A stretch of DNA of 64,000 nucleotides from Acidimicrobiia bacterium (GTDB taxonomy: Bacteria; Actinomycetota; Acidimicrobiia; Spongiisociales; ZC4RG35): assembly GCA_965215185.1 (NCBI GenBank), contig OZ244034.1:1439569-1503568 (forward strand), read 5' to 3'. Positions 37,303 to 47,842 of the stretch are shown one piece after another (the stretch's first letter is position 1; each line of letters opens with the position of its first letter). Both the position numbers and the translations under genes were made by a program. Below the pieces are notes generated by a model. That model made no database searches. It worked only from the letters and a program-made list of their open reading frames with translations, and was not told the DNA's origin.

Positions 37303-40088
37303 CGAAATGCCCCTCTCCCCCACCATACCAATCCCAGCAAAATGGTTACCAAACCTACACCCCACCAACCCATGGCCCGGGCCCATGGATAGGGGGTGAA
37401 ATACCCTCCACCCTCGGCGCCGGAGATGCTGTTCCACCATGATTGCTGAGCCCACTGTGGCCCCCAGCGAGGATGCGCATTGTCCCCGATCCGTATCCTT
37501 CCCCCGAATTCAGGACCCTCCACCCGGTCGGGTGCAACTGAATCCCATGCTCCCACGTACGGCCCGTCAGACCTGGGCAGGGCAAGCAGGTTCTCGTATA
37601 CGGCCGTTTGCTCGGAGACGGCTAGGAGTCGCAGGTCGACTTGGGCGTTCAACTGCTCGGAGAAGCCGGTGTCCTGGGAGACAACCACCCACCGGATGCC
37701 GAAGGGGGCCAAGAGCTCTCCGGGCCGCAGAGAACGAGACCCGGAGAGCTGGGAGAGCACCTCGGCCAAAGCCTGGTCTCCCACCGCTGGCGGCGCCACC
37801 CAGGCCTGCTCCAGTGTCGCAGGTCCGGCCTTCACCAACCGGTAGGAAAAGCCCTCTGTTTTTCTCGCCATTCCCGGCAGGGATCCCTCCGGCCCGATCA
37901 ACAACACACGACTACCCGACTGCGGATCAGCGAGGCTGGAAGCGAAGTCCAACCGACCACTCCATTGGTCTTCTGGTAGCCCCACCCTTCCGTTTTCCAG
38001 AGCGGGAAAGGTAAAGCCCAACAATGCCACCCCGCACAACAGCGTCAGCACACCCCCCAAACGACTGGGCCCCGAATTCTGCCTCCCCCCCGAGCCAACT
38101 GCGGCCCCCACCACGGCCCCTGATCCAACCGCAGCCAGTGCCGCCCCCGCCACCGCCACCTCCCAATCAGGTAGATGTCCCGCCCACAGACCCGCCCCCG
38201 CCAAAGCCAATCCAACACCGGCCGCGCCCCTCAAACCAGCTCCGCCGAGCGCCAGCGCCAAGACGCCGGTCACCCCCACTGCTCCCCAAAAGACCCACTC
38301 TGCTTCCAATGACAGATCGGGTCCCCACGACCAGACATCCCAGCCGTTCGCCCACAGATAGGCACCCACCGTCGACAACCCGGCCACTCCTCCCGCTATC
38401 ACTCTGGGCAGGGCCCAAAACGGCCAGCCGGCCCCTGCCGCCCAGCCCAGCAGGACTATCGCCACCGGCACTGCCACCGCCACCGGGGCCGCCGCCGCCA
38501 CAACCGCGCTAGCCAGGCTAATCATCGCCAAATCCCCAATCTGATCACGCCGGCTCTCCGGCCAGGGCCGCACCGCCGCCACCACCGCCCAAGGCAGGGC
38601 GCCCAGGGCAATCACTATCGGCCAATAGCCCTGGGTTAGCACCGACGCGGTGGCTGAGCCCAACAAATAGACCACCGCCCCGGCATAGGAAGCGGAAGCG
38701 CTGATCCCCATGCTGCGAAACAACCGGGATGACCCCACCAGGCCCCCCAATAGGGCCAAAGCCGTCACCAGCAACTGAGAACCCGGCCACCCCAACATCA
38801 GCCAGTGCAAAGCGGAAGTCAGCACCGCCGCAGGGTGGGGAGGAAGGGTGGTGCCCAATCCCGTGTCGTTCCACCCTCCCGCAAAGGCGGCCAACACCCC
38901 CACCGGGTCGTCTCCGGGAGGGAAGGAAAAGCCGGTGGCCGGTAAGCCGCCCAGCCAGATGCCGCGGCCCGCCGCCGCCAGAACAAGCAGGGACAGCAGA
39001 ACCGCGAAAGGCGCCCCCCTCCGAAAACGGGCGGAGACCATCTCTGCCCACGACTGCTCCGCAGGACCGAAGTCCCCGATCTTCCCTCCTATCTGCGATC
39101 CCATATCCCGCAAAATCACCGAACCCGAGATTTGATAGCGAAAGATGTCCTCATCGCCAACCGCCCGGAATTTCTGTACCCTCACACGGGCCACAATGGT
39201 GGAGGGAAGTCTCCAGATACTCAAAACCAAAGCGGCCAGGAAGCCCGCCAGGCGACTCGGGCGGCCCAGAACCAGACTGAAAACTCCCTCCACGAGATTG
39301 ATAACCACATCGAAGGGAATGGCCCAGGCCAGGGTCATCAGGCCGTAGACCTTGAACATGGCTCGCATGCGCCCTGCCCTCTCCTCCCAGTCCTCCAAAC
39401 GGGGGAAACGCCGGGGGGGATATAGCACCTGGGAAGAGGGCGCCACCACCACCCGCCCACCGGCCAGACGCACACGCTGGCAAAAGTCCAATCCTTGCGA
39501 AACCGGGGGAAGTTCTGGATCGAGTCCACCCAGCACCGCCACCAACCGGCGACGAGCGAGCAGGGAAATGGTCGACAGCGTCGACACCTCCCGGATCACG
39601 TCGTGTTGGGCAAAATCCAGTTCGGACTCGTCCAATCCCGAAGAGGGAACCCCGAACAGGTCGGTGGCGCTGCCTACCGATAAAAGATGCTCGGGGTTCT
39701 TGGTGGAGAGAATCTTTGATCCCACTAGCGCCGCCTGATGATTCACCGCCACCTGCAACATGGCACTGAGAGCTCCCGGTTGAGGTCGGGCATGACCGTC
39801 CAGAATCCACACATAGTCAGCTTCGACGGCGATGTCCTTCAATGCCTCCTCGAACGTTCCCGCGTGGAGCGCCCCCACTTCCTCGGCCTTTTGCTTGGTG
39901 CCGGGGTCTTCGCCGACCACTATCAATTGGGTGTCTCGATCCTGTTCCGCCACCCCTTCGACCGCCGACTGGAAGTCCTCACCCTCCGCTATGATCACCA
40001 CTGCGATTCCCGGCGTACGGACCGGGCGTACGATGGGATCTGGGGAAGAACCCGCGTTCTCCTTTAACATTGTTTTCTCCATCAACAA
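37299..40088 (-). CDS. Family-2 glycosyltransferase fused to a large polytopic membrane domain
   Basis: N-terminal GT2-like segment (VVIIAEGED..., DYVWILDGHARP) followed by more than 15 hydrophobic helices; 929 aa. Confidence 0.55.
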   Translation of the reverse strand: MLMEKTMLKENAGSSPDPIVRPVRTPGIAVVIIAEGEDFQSAVEGVAEQDRDTQLIVVGEDPGTKQKAEEVGALHAGTFEEALKDIAVEADYVWILDGHARPQPGALSAMLQVAVNHQAALVGSKILSTKNPEHLLSVGSATDLFGVPSSGLDESELDFAQHDVIREVSTLSTISLLARRRLVAVLGGLDPELPPVSQGLDFCQRVRLAGGRVVVAPSSQVLYPPRRFPRLEDWEERAGRMRAMFKVYGLMTLAWAIPFDVVINLVEGVFSLVLGRPSRLAGFLAALVLSIWRLPSTIVARVRVQKFRAVGDEDIFRYQISGSVILRDMGSQIGGKIGDFGPAEQSWAEMVSARFRRGAPFAVLLSLLVLAAAGRGIWLGGLPATGFSFPPGDDPVGVLAAFAGGWNDTGLGTTLPPHPAAVLTSALHWLMLGWPGSQLLVTALALLGGLVGSSRLFRSMGISASASYAGAVVYLLGSATASVLTQGYWPIVIALGALPWAVVAAVRPWPESRRDQIGDLAMISLASAVVAAAAPVAVAVPVAIVLLGWAAGAGWPFWALPRVIAGGVAGLSTVGAYLWANGWDVWSWGPDLSLEAEWVFWGAVGVTGVLALALGGAGLRGAAGVGLALAGAGLWAGHLPDWEVAVAGAALAAVGSGAVVGAAVGSGGRQNSGPSRLGGVLTLLCGVALLGFTFPALENGRVGLPEDQWSGRLDFASSLADPQSGSRVLLIGPEGSLPGMARKTEGFSYRLVKAGPATLEQAWVAPPAVGDQALAEVLSQLSGSRSLRPGELLAPFGIRWVVVSQDTGFSEQLNAQVDLRLLAVSEQTAVYENLLALPRSDGPYVGAWDSVAPDRVEGPEFGGRIRIGDNAHPRWGPQWAQQSWWNSISGAEGGGYFTPYPWARAMGWWGVGLVTILLGLVWWGRGAFR

Positions 40089-40116
40089 CCGACAATGCTA
40101 GGAATGCATAGGACCC

Positions 40117-41055
40117 ATGAACGCTCTTGCTGACCAATCGGAACTGGTGCTCCTCTCGGGAGGAGTGGGCGGCGCCCGCCTGGCGAGGGGGTTCTACCAA
40201 TTGGAGGGCTGGAACACCACGGTGGTGGTGAACACCGGGGACGACGACTGGGTGTACGGGGTTTATGTCTCCCCGGATCTGGATACGGTGGTCTACACCC
40301 TGGCCGAGGAGGAGGGACCCCACGGTTGGGGACAGACCAACGAGACATGGCAGGTCATGGAAGCCCTCTCCCGTTTTCCCACCGACACCGCCTTCCGATT
40401 GGGCGACTCCGACCTAGGTCTCAACCTCTTTCGGACCATGCACCTTCGAAAAGGACAGCCTCTCAGTTCGATCACGGCGCTGATCGCCGCCGCCTTCGGA
40501 GTGAGAATCACCTTGCTCCCCGCCACCGACCAGCCCCTTCATACCAAGCTGCACACCGCCACCGGGGAGTGGCTCGACTTCCAGGACTACTTCGTGCGAA
40601 GACAACATCGCGACCCAATCACCCGCATCCGTTTCGAGGGAGCCGATCGCGCCAGTCCCGCTCCGGGGGTCATAGAGGCGATTCAAGGCGCCCGGGCGGT
40701 GATCATCGCCCCTTCCAATCCTCCGTTGTCGATCTGGCCGATCCTGGCGGTCCCTGGTATTCGCGCCGCCCTGGAGGCATCGGAGACTGTAATAGCGGTC
40801 AGTCCGCTCTTCGGAGGAAAGGCGCTCAAAGGACCTGCCGCCGAGGTGATGGCCGGTCTTGGTCTTCCCCCGGGCAACCGGGGGGTAGCCGCCGCCTACC
40901 GGGGTTTGCTCTCCGGCCTGGTGGTTGACCGAAGCGACGCCCAAGACGTCTCCCTCCTGGCGGGAGAAGGGCTGGAGGCATGGGCAACCGACACCCGCAT
41001 CGCCGAACCCGCCGCGGCCGCCCGACTGGCCGCCTGGATACTGGAGAGGCTGTGA
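40117..41055 (+). CDS. cofD: 2-phospho-L-lactate transferase (F420 biosynthesis)
   Basis: N-terminal LLSGGVGGARLARG motif of CofD/YvcK-like fold; followed by cofE. Confidence 0.8.
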   Translation: MNALADQSELVLLSGGVGGARLARGFYQLEGWNTTVVVNTGDDDWVYGVYVSPDLDTVVYTLAEEEGPHGWGQTNETWQVMEALSRFPTDTAFRLGDSDLGLNLFRTMHLRKGQPLSSITALIAAAFGVRITLLPATDQPLHTKLHTATGEWLDFQDYFVRRQHRDPITRIRFEGADRASPAPGVIEAIQGARAVIIAPSNPPLSIWPILAVPGIRAALEASETVIAVSPLFGGKALKGPAAEVMAGLGLPPGNRGVAAAYRGLLSGLVVDRSDAQDVSLLAGEGLEAWATDTRIAEPAAAARLAAWILERL

Positions 41056-41756
41056 TGATCAGCATCTACCCGGTCACGGGCCTTCCTGAAATATCGGTCG
41101 GAGACGACCTCGCCCTCCTGGTGAGCAACGCTTTGGTGGAGTCCCAAATCGGTCTGCATGCAGGAGATGTGGTGGTGGTAACCCATAAGATCGTCTCGAA
41201 GGCGGAGGGAAGACTGGTCGATTTGGAAGACGACGGTCCCCACAGCCATCGACATCTGGTGGAAGAGGAGTCAGTAGCCACCCTCCGCCGCAGGGGTGAC
41301 TTGGTGATCACGGAGACCCGGCACGGGTTCATCTGCGCCAATGCGGGCGTGGACCGCTCCAATGTCGGCCCCGCCAAGGCAGTGTTGTTGCCTCTCAACC
41401 CCGACCGCTCCGCCCGACGGCTTCGCTTTCGGTTGATGCAACGGTTCGGTGTGGAGGTGGCGGTAGTAATCACCGACACCTTCGGACGGCCTTTTCGACG
41501 CGGGTTGACCGATGTGGCGATCGGAGTGGCGGGATTCAAACCGATCAGCGATTTACGGGGAGTGCCGGACGATCACAACCGCATCCTGGAGGTCACCGAG
41601 GTGGCGGTGGCCGATGAGATAGCAGCAGCGGCCGATCTGGTGAAAGGCAAGGCCCGGGGAATCCCGGTGGCGATCATCCGTGGATTGTCGCTGCCGACCG
41701 CCGACGGAGCGGCCACCGAGTTGGTGCGAGGAGCGTCCGAAGACCTGTTCCGTTGA
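41055..41756 (+). CDS. cofE: Coenzyme F420-0:L-glutamate ligase
   Basis: CofE segments (VVVVTHKIVSKAEGR, ITETRHGFICANAGVD); GTGATG overlap with the cofD stop. Confidence 0.8.
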   Translation: MISIYPVTGLPEISVGDDLALLVSNALVESQIGLHAGDVVVVTHKIVSKAEGRLVDLEDDGPHSHRHLVEEESVATLRRRGDLVITETRHGFICANAGVDRSNVGPAKAVLLPLNPDRSARRLRFRLMQRFGVEVAVVITDTFGRPFRRGLTDVAIGVAGFKPISDLRGVPDDHNRILEVTEVAVADEIAAAADLVKGKARGIPVAIIRGLSLPTADGAATELVRGASEDLFR

Positions 41757-41772
41757 TCCAGCCCCCAGTGAG

Positions 41773-42717
41773 CTAACCGGCGGCCATCCACTCCCATGTA
41801 CGGCGAAGACCGGCTACCAGGTCGGTGCGGGCTTTCCAGCCCAGTTCGCCTTGGGCGGAACGAGGGTCCACAACCGACCGGCGAATGTCCCCCGGCCGGG
41901 CAGGGCGTCGCCGGGGGTTTTCTGACCAGCCCGTGATATCGCGCATGATCTCCAACAGTGAGAGCAGAGATGTCTCCACTCCCCTGCCCAGATCCAAAGC
42001 CAGCCCGTCCCCCCGATCGGCGGCGGCTACCACGGCACCCACTGCATCTTCCACATAGAGGAAATCCCTGGTCTGCTGACCGTCCCCGTCCAGGAACAGA
42101 GACCCGCCCCGCGCCATTGCCTCTAACCAGGCGGCCACCACGGCCGATTCTCCGTCTCCGGGTTGGCGGGGTCCGTAAACATTGGCGGGACGGAGAGTGA
42201 CCCAACGGATCCCCGCCGAAGGTGCTTTCCTCATCAGGTACTCCTCGGCAGCCTGCTTGCTCATCCCGTAGGAAGACCCCGGACAGTGGGGAACGACTCC
42301 ATGTACGGCCAGGGACGAAATGTTTACCAGTTTCTCTGCCCCGCTCCGACAAGCGGCTTCCAACACCCGAACGGTTCCCTCCACATTCACCTCCCTGCAC
42401 CTTTTTTGGTTGTTTTCGCAGAGCATCACCGACGAAACCGCCGCCAGGTGAAACACGACCTGGGGCTGGGATTTCATCATCGCCGCCTCCAGATCCGAAC
42501 CCGTGATGTCCATCCTCATCTCCTCGACTCCCATCGACCTCGCTCGCCGCAAGTTGGAACCCGAACCGGTGGAGAAGTCGTCAAAGGCCACCACCTTCCA
42601 ACCATCGCGCGCCAAGGCCTCGCAAAGATGGGATCCCACGAATCCCGCCCCGCCGGTGACCACGGCCCGGCGGCTCATCGGAAAGCCGCCCGCCAACAGG
42701 TTGTTGTGGAGCAGCAA
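41773..42717 (-). CDS. NAD-dependent epimerase/dehydratase (UDP-glucose 4-epimerase-like)
   Basis: VVTGGAGFVGSHL Rossmann motif. Confidence 0.75.
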   Translation of the reverse strand: MLLHNNLLAGGFPMSRRAVVTGGAGFVGSHLCEALARDGWKVVAFDDFSTGSGSNLRRARSMGVEEMRMDITGSDLEAAMMKSQPQVVFHLAAVSSVMLCENNQKRCREVNVEGTVRVLEAACRSGAEKLVNISSLAVHGVVPHCPGSSYGMSKQAAEEYLMRKAPSAGIRWVTLRPANVYGPRQPGDGESAVVAAWLEAMARGGSLFLDGDGQQTRDFLYVEDAVGAVVAAADRGDGLALDLGRGVETSLLSLLEIMRDITGWSENPRRRPARPGDIRRSVVDPRSAQGELGWKARTDLVAGLRRTWEWMAAG

Positions 42718-42807
42718 AGGCCCAACTGCATCATCTAGCTATGAAAAATAGCCGCTCATCGAAGCCGCTACCCTTTCCGTAGTGATACCAACCCAGGAGG
42801 GTTAGCT

Positions 42808-43551
42808 TTGGCGGTGCTTCCCCACGAGGGTACTTACCCGGTGATGTACGGTACCTACTCCACACCGACTGGAGGTTCTTACCGGTCCGACTACCTGGCC
42901 AGACCTGATGCGGTAGGCCGTTTCCCGGTGGTTCTGATCCTAAGGGACGAAGCGGGGATTACCTCACATACCAAGAGTTTCTCCCATTTCCTGGCCCGCC
43001 GAGGAATAGCGGTGCTCGCCTTGAACCTGGATGTGCAGCAGCCCGGCCTGGCTGACGGACGGACCGGGCCTTTCGACCGCGACACCGAGGTGCTGGCTCA
43101 ACTCGATGAAACCCACCGCTTTCTGACCGGTGAAGATCTCGACTGGGCGCTCACCGGGCGCTTTGGGATACTGGGCATCGAGTCGGGGGGAAGACTGGCA
43201 TTGATAGCCGCCGCCCTGCGAAGCTGGGGCGGGCCAGTAGCGGCACTCTACGTACCCCTCTCCGGGGATCAACAACAACGCTATCCGATCGCCGAGCAAC
43301 TGCCCCGGTTGGGCGGAGAGGTGCTCGGTATTTACGCCTCCGAGGATGACCTCATCGACCCCACTTTGGTGGACGGCGCCCAGAGCCGCAACCCGGGCGG
43401 ACAGTGGCTGCTCTATCAGGGAGTGGGACACGGATTTGTCAATGAGAACCACTCCAATTACAACGAGGCGGCGGCCATGGACGCTTTGACGCGGGTGGCC
43501 GGGTTCTTCACCGCTCTTCTTCCTGCACCCCAACTCGAGGAGACCGGTTAG
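42808..43551 (+). CDS. Dienelactone hydrolase family protein
   Basis: Alpha/beta-hydrolase layout of DLH family; 247 aa. Confidence 0.5.
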   Translation: MAVLPHEGTYPVMYGTYSTPTGGSYRSDYLARPDAVGRFPVVLILRDEAGITSHTKSFSHFLARRGIAVLALNLDVQQPGLADGRTGPFDRDTEVLAQLDETHRFLTGEDLDWALTGRFGILGIESGGRLALIAAALRSWGGPVAALYVPLSGDQQQRYPIAEQLPRLGGEVLGIYASEDDLIDPTLVDGAQSRNPGGQWLLYQGVGHGFVNENHSNYNEAAAMDALTRVAGFFTALLPAPQLEETG

Positions 43552-44258
43552 TCCTGTTGGTTGACGACCCGAACATGGGAGACGTCTGCGGAAAGTAGCC
43601 TTCTTCGGCCGTCGGCCGTCTCAACTACCAGCGCACCTTCGGAGTCCACATCAACCGCCTGTCCGGATACTCCCTCTCCCCAGCCCACCCTTTGACCGAG
43701 TGTGATGCAGCGACGTCGGTAATGATCGAGAGAGAACTTTCCTCCCCCCGGATCGAGAGCAGCCTCGATAAACCTCCCCGCCCAGGCATGGGCGATCTCT
43801 TCGCGTCGGGAGGAATCGGGGGGATGATCTTGCAGACCGGCCATTCCCCCCGGGGGATCAGGCCACCACAGGTTCAGCCCGCAACCTGCCACCACCAACG
43901 AGTCTCTCCCCTCCAGCAACACCCCGCCCACCTTGTCATGGCCGACCAAAAGGTCGTTGGGCCACTTCAGGGAGACATGCTCACCCAACACCTCCGCCGC
44001 CTGCCAGCCCGCCATGAGGGACAGCAAACCCCACTGGCTCCTAGCCCATCGCGGTTCACAGGCCACAGAAACCGCCACCGATCCCGGTGCGGTTATCCAA
44101 TCCCGGCCCCGTCTTCCCCTACCATGTTCCTGACGGTCTGCAACCACCACGACTGGCCTTCCCCGATAAGCTCGGCGGGCGTCGTCCTGAGTGGAAGCCG
44201 TGACGGACAACCGAATCAGCCAATATGGTGTAGCCAAAGAGGTATACCCCAAGTCCAA
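43548..44258 (-). CDS. birA: Biotin--[acetyl-CoA-carboxylase] ligase
   Basis: GRGRRGRDW motif (GRGRxGRxW of BirA). Confidence 0.75.
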   Translation of the reverse strand: MDLGYTSLATPYWLIRLSVTASTQDDARRAYRGRPVVVVADRQEHGRGRRGRDWITAPGSVAVSVACEPRWARSQWGLLSLMAGWQAAEVLGEHVSLKWPNDLLVGHDKVGGVLLEGRDSLVVAGCGLNLWWPDPPGGMAGLQDHPPDSSRREEIAHAWAGRFIEAALDPGGGKFSLDHYRRRCITLGQRVGWGEGVSGQAVDVDSEGALVVETADGRRRLLSADVSHVRVVNQQD

Positions 44259-44291
44259 GTACCAGCAAGCCTATCAAAGAGGTAACAGAGG

Positions 44292-45839
44292 GTGGGTACC
44301 GAACAACGAATTGAACACTTGCGCAAAATGCGTAGCCAATCTCTGGCCGTGGACCGCCGGGCCATTGACCGCCAGCACGAGCGAGGCAAGCTCACCGCCC
44401 GAGAACGTATCGCCCACCTTTTGGACCAGGACACCTTCTGCGAGGTTGATGCCTTCGTGCGTCATTCGGCCCGAGGGTTCGGGGTGGAGAACCGCCGTCC
44501 CCTGGGCGACGCGGTGGTGACCGGTTGGGGCAAGATCGACGGGCGCACGGCATTCGTCTTCGCTGAGGACTTCACCAGCTTCGGAGGCAGCCTGGGTCGG
44601 GCGGTAGCCGACAAGATCTGCAAAATCACCGACATGGCAATGCAAGCCGGCGCTCCCCTGATCGGACTGAAGGATTCGGGAGGCGCCCGCATCCAGGAGG
44701 GGGTGGCCTCCTTGGATGGTTACGGGAGGATTTTCGAACGGAACGTGCGCGCCTCGGGGGTGATACCGCAGATATCGGTGATCATGGGCCCTTGCGCGGG
44801 AGGCGCCGTCTACTCCCCGGCCCTCACCGATTTCGTAATTCAGGTCACCGAAACCAGTCACCTGTTCATCACCGGTCCCGATGTGATCAAGGCGGTGACC
44901 GGAGAAGAGGTCACCTTCGAAGAGCTGGGCGGGGCGATGGTGCACGCCACCACCTCCGGTGTGGTTCACTTTGTCTTCTCCGATGACGAACTGGCTCTGG
45001 AGGGAGTACGGTACCTGCTCTCCTTTCTGCCCCAGAACAACTTGGAACTTCCCGCCTACTTCACTCCCACCGACTCCCCCACCCGCACGGACGACCTGTT
45101 GGACCAGATCATCCCCGACTCTTCCAACCAGCCTTACGACATGAACACCCTGGTCGAAATCGTCCTCGATGACGGCGATTTTTTCCAGGTCCACGAGCAC
45201 TGGGCGCGCAACCTGCTGGTGGGATTGGGCCGTTTGGACGGCCATACCGTGGGAGTGGTTGCCAATCAGCCCTCGGTCCTGGCCGGGACCCTGGACATCA
45301 GCGCCGCCCAGAAGGGGGCTCGATTCGTCAGATTCTGCGACGCGTTCAACATACCCCTGGTTACGTTCGTGGATGTGCCCGGAGTTCTCCCCGGAGTGGA
45401 TCAGGAGCACAACGGGATCATCCGCCACGGTGCCAAGCTGCTCTACGCCTACTGCGAAGCCACGGTCCCCCGGGTCTCGGTGATCACCCGCAAAGCCTAT
45501 GGCGGGGCCTATCTGGTAATGAACGCTCGCGGGATCCGGGCCGACTTGGTCTTGGCCTGGCCCTCGGCGGAGATCGCGGTGATGGGCGCCTCGGGCGCAG
45601 TCAACGTAATCTTCCGCCGAGAGATCGCCTCCGCCCAAGACCCCGAGCAGCGCCGAGGCGAACTCATCAGCGACTATGAGGAAGAGTTCAATAACCCCTA
45701 CCAGGCCGCGGAACTCGGGCTGGTGGACTCGGTTATTGAGCCCCGTGAAACCAGATCCCACCTAATCGCAGCGTTGGAGATGCTGCGTACCAAACGGGAG
45801 GCTCTGCCCAGCAAGAAACACGGGAACATACCGTTGTGA
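44292..45839 (+). CDS. Acyl-CoA carboxylase beta subunit (carboxyltransferase; propionyl-CoA carboxylase-like)
   Basis: Typical PccB/AccD5 N-terminus (KLTARERI...LLD) and a duplicated crotonase-like carboxyltransferase layout; 515 aa. Confidence 0.85.
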   Translation: MGTEQRIEHLRKMRSQSLAVDRRAIDRQHERGKLTARERIAHLLDQDTFCEVDAFVRHSARGFGVENRRPLGDAVVTGWGKIDGRTAFVFAEDFTSFGGSLGRAVADKICKITDMAMQAGAPLIGLKDSGGARIQEGVASLDGYGRIFERNVRASGVIPQISVIMGPCAGGAVYSPALTDFVIQVTETSHLFITGPDVIKAVTGEEVTFEELGGAMVHATTSGVVHFVFSDDELALEGVRYLLSFLPQNNLELPAYFTPTDSPTRTDDLLDQIIPDSSNQPYDMNTLVEIVLDDGDFFQVHEHWARNLLVGLGRLDGHTVGVVANQPSVLAGTLDISAAQKGARFVRFCDAFNIPLVTFVDVPGVLPGVDQEHNGIIRHGAKLLYAYCEATVPRVSVITRKAYGGAYLVMNARGIRADLVLAWPSAEIAVMGASGAVNVIFRREIASAQDPEQRRGELISDYEEEFNNPYQAAELGLVDSVIEPRETRSHLIAALEMLRTKREALPSKKHGNIPL

Positions 45840-47572
45840 AATCGGTGCTGGTCGCCAACCGCGGCGAAATCGCGGTCAGGATCATCCGCACCTGCCACGA
45901 GATGGGATTGCAGACCATCGCCGTTTACTCGGAGCCGGACCGGGACGCCTATCACGCCTATTTGGCGGATCAGGCTTGGAACATCGGACCCGCTCCGGCC
46001 GGACAGTCTTACCTGAATGCGGAACGGATCCTGAAGGTGGCCGCCGAAACGGGCGCCGAGGCCATCCACCCCGGATACGGCTTCTTGTCGGAAAACCCCG
46101 ACTTCGCCCGGGCGGTCATCGAGGCGGGTTTGATCTGGGTAGGCCCGCCCCCCTCGGCTATCGCAGCCATGGGAGACAAGGTCGCCTCCCGTCGAATAGC
46201 GGTCGAGGCAGGGGTCCCGGTGGTGCCCGGCACCGACTCACCGTTGGATGACCCCGCCGAGATCATGGAAGTTGCGGAGCGGCTGGGCTATCCGGTGCTG
46301 ATCAAAGCCTCACGGGCGGGTGGCGGAAGAGGCATGCGGGTAGTGAACCATCCATCTGAGATTGAGGAAGCGCTGGCGTCGGCCCAACGAGAAGCCGATG
46401 CCTATTTCAGCAGCCCCGAAGTCTACTTGGAGAAAAGGTTGACCAATGTCCACCACATCGAGGCGCAGATCCTGGTGGATAACCACCACAACTACGTCTA
46501 TTTGGGAGAGCGGGACTGTTCGGTGCAAAGACGTCACCAAAAGCTCATCGAAGAGGCGCCCTCGGCGATACTCAGCCTGGCGCAAAGCCGCGAACTGGGC
46601 GAGGCCGCTTTGCGGATCGCTCGCACCTGTGATTACCGCAACGCCGGCACGGTGGAGTTCCTAGCCGATTCATCGGGGACGTTCTACTTTTTGGAGATGA
46701 ACACCCGTCTACAGGTGGAGCACACCGTAACAGAAATGGTCACCGGCGTGGACCTGGTTCGCGAACAGCTGCGAATCGCCGCCGGACGGCCCACCTCGGC
46801 CGTCGGGCTTCGGGCGGACGGGCACGCCATCGAGATGCGCATCAATGCCGAGGATCCCTACCGCAATTACATGCCCACGCCGGGTCGGATCGTCAACTAT
46901 CGGGAGCCGTCTGGACCGGGAGTGCGAGTGGATGGATGGGTGAGTTCAGGAGTCACCATTCCCCGCTTCTACGACAACCTGCTGGCCAAACTGGTGGTGT
47001 GGGCGCCTACCCGGACACAGGCCATCAGTCGAGCCAGGCGGGCTTTGGACGAGTTTGAGATCACCGGCGTGCCCACCACCATTCCCGTTCACCGGGCGGT
47101 GCTCAACCACCCTGATTTCATATCCGCTCGCCACCACACCAGTTGGCTGGAGAGCGAGGTTGATCTTTCCCCATCCGAGCCGGAAGTGGCCGAGTCCCTG
47201 CCGGAGGAGGAGGGGGTCCTTCGCCAGGACATGACCGTGGAGATCAGTGGCCGAAGGTTTGTCGTCTCATATTGGGAGCCGGATGTGGGGCAGGAAGACC
47301 GCCCGACCAAGGTGCGACGTCGTCCACCCAAGCCCGCCACTGGACCTGCCGGTGCCGGGGACGGAGCGGTTACCGCCCCCATGCAGGGCACCATCGTCAA
47401 AGTAAATGTGAAAGTGGGAGACCAGGTGGGCGCCGACGACACCATCTGCGTTCTGGAGGCCATGAAAATGGAAAACGCGGTGTCGGCCGGCAAAGACGGC
47501 AATGTGGTGGAATTGCGCATCAAGCCCGGCGATTCGGTGGCAACCGGAGCGGTTGTGGCGATCATTCGATAG
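45836..47572 (+). CDS. Acetyl/propionyl-CoA carboxylase alpha subunit (biotin carboxylase + BCCP)
   Basis: Biotin carboxylase N-terminus (VLVANRGEIAVR), ATP-grasp segment, and C-terminal biotinyl motif EAMKMEN. Confidence 0.85.
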   Translation: MKSVLVANRGEIAVRIIRTCHEMGLQTIAVYSEPDRDAYHAYLADQAWNIGPAPAGQSYLNAERILKVAAETGAEAIHPGYGFLSENPDFARAVIEAGLIWVGPPPSAIAAMGDKVASRRIAVEAGVPVVPGTDSPLDDPAEIMEVAERLGYPVLIKASRAGGGRGMRVVNHPSEIEEALASAQREADAYFSSPEVYLEKRLTNVHHIEAQILVDNHHNYVYLGERDCSVQRRHQKLIEEAPSAILSLAQSRELGEAALRIARTCDYRNAGTVEFLADSSGTFYFLEMNTRLQVEHTVTEMVTGVDLVREQLRIAAGRPTSAVGLRADGHAIEMRINAEDPYRNYMPTPGRIVNYREPSGPGVRVDGWVSSGVTIPRFYDNLLAKLVVWAPTRTQAISRARRALDEFEITGVPTTIPVHRAVLNHPDFISARHHTSWLESEVDLSPSEPEVAESLPEEEGVLRQDMTVEISGRRFVVSYWEPDVGQEDRPTKVRRRPPKPATGPAGAGDGAVTAPMQGTIVKVNVKVGDQVGADDTICVLEAMKMENAVSAGKDGNVVELRIKPGDSVATGAVVAIIR

Positions 47573-47842
47573 TCGCCAACCGAGTACGGTAGGTGGAGAA
47601 TAACCGGCTCTCATTGCGTGCAGTATTGGTAGCGGCCGAGGCGACATTACGTGGGTGACGAATGTCTACATCGGTGGAAAGTTTCCCGCCCCGCCCAAGT
47701 TTGACCGAAGGCCTCCCTAAAATACCTGGTACCTAGACATCACGGGTGCTGCGGGTTGGCGGATTCCTGCAACCCCATCGAAGCGCCTCTGTCTGGGCCC
47801 GACTTTATGAAAATGGATCACTATGAAGGAAAGAATGTACTC

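Noticed and set aside
37927-39280. Pro/Arg/Gly-rich ORFs on both strands inside the GT2-membrane gene region
   Set aside because: Alternative-frame artefacts of a high-GC gene encoding Ala/Gly/Leu-rich membrane helices. No independent support.
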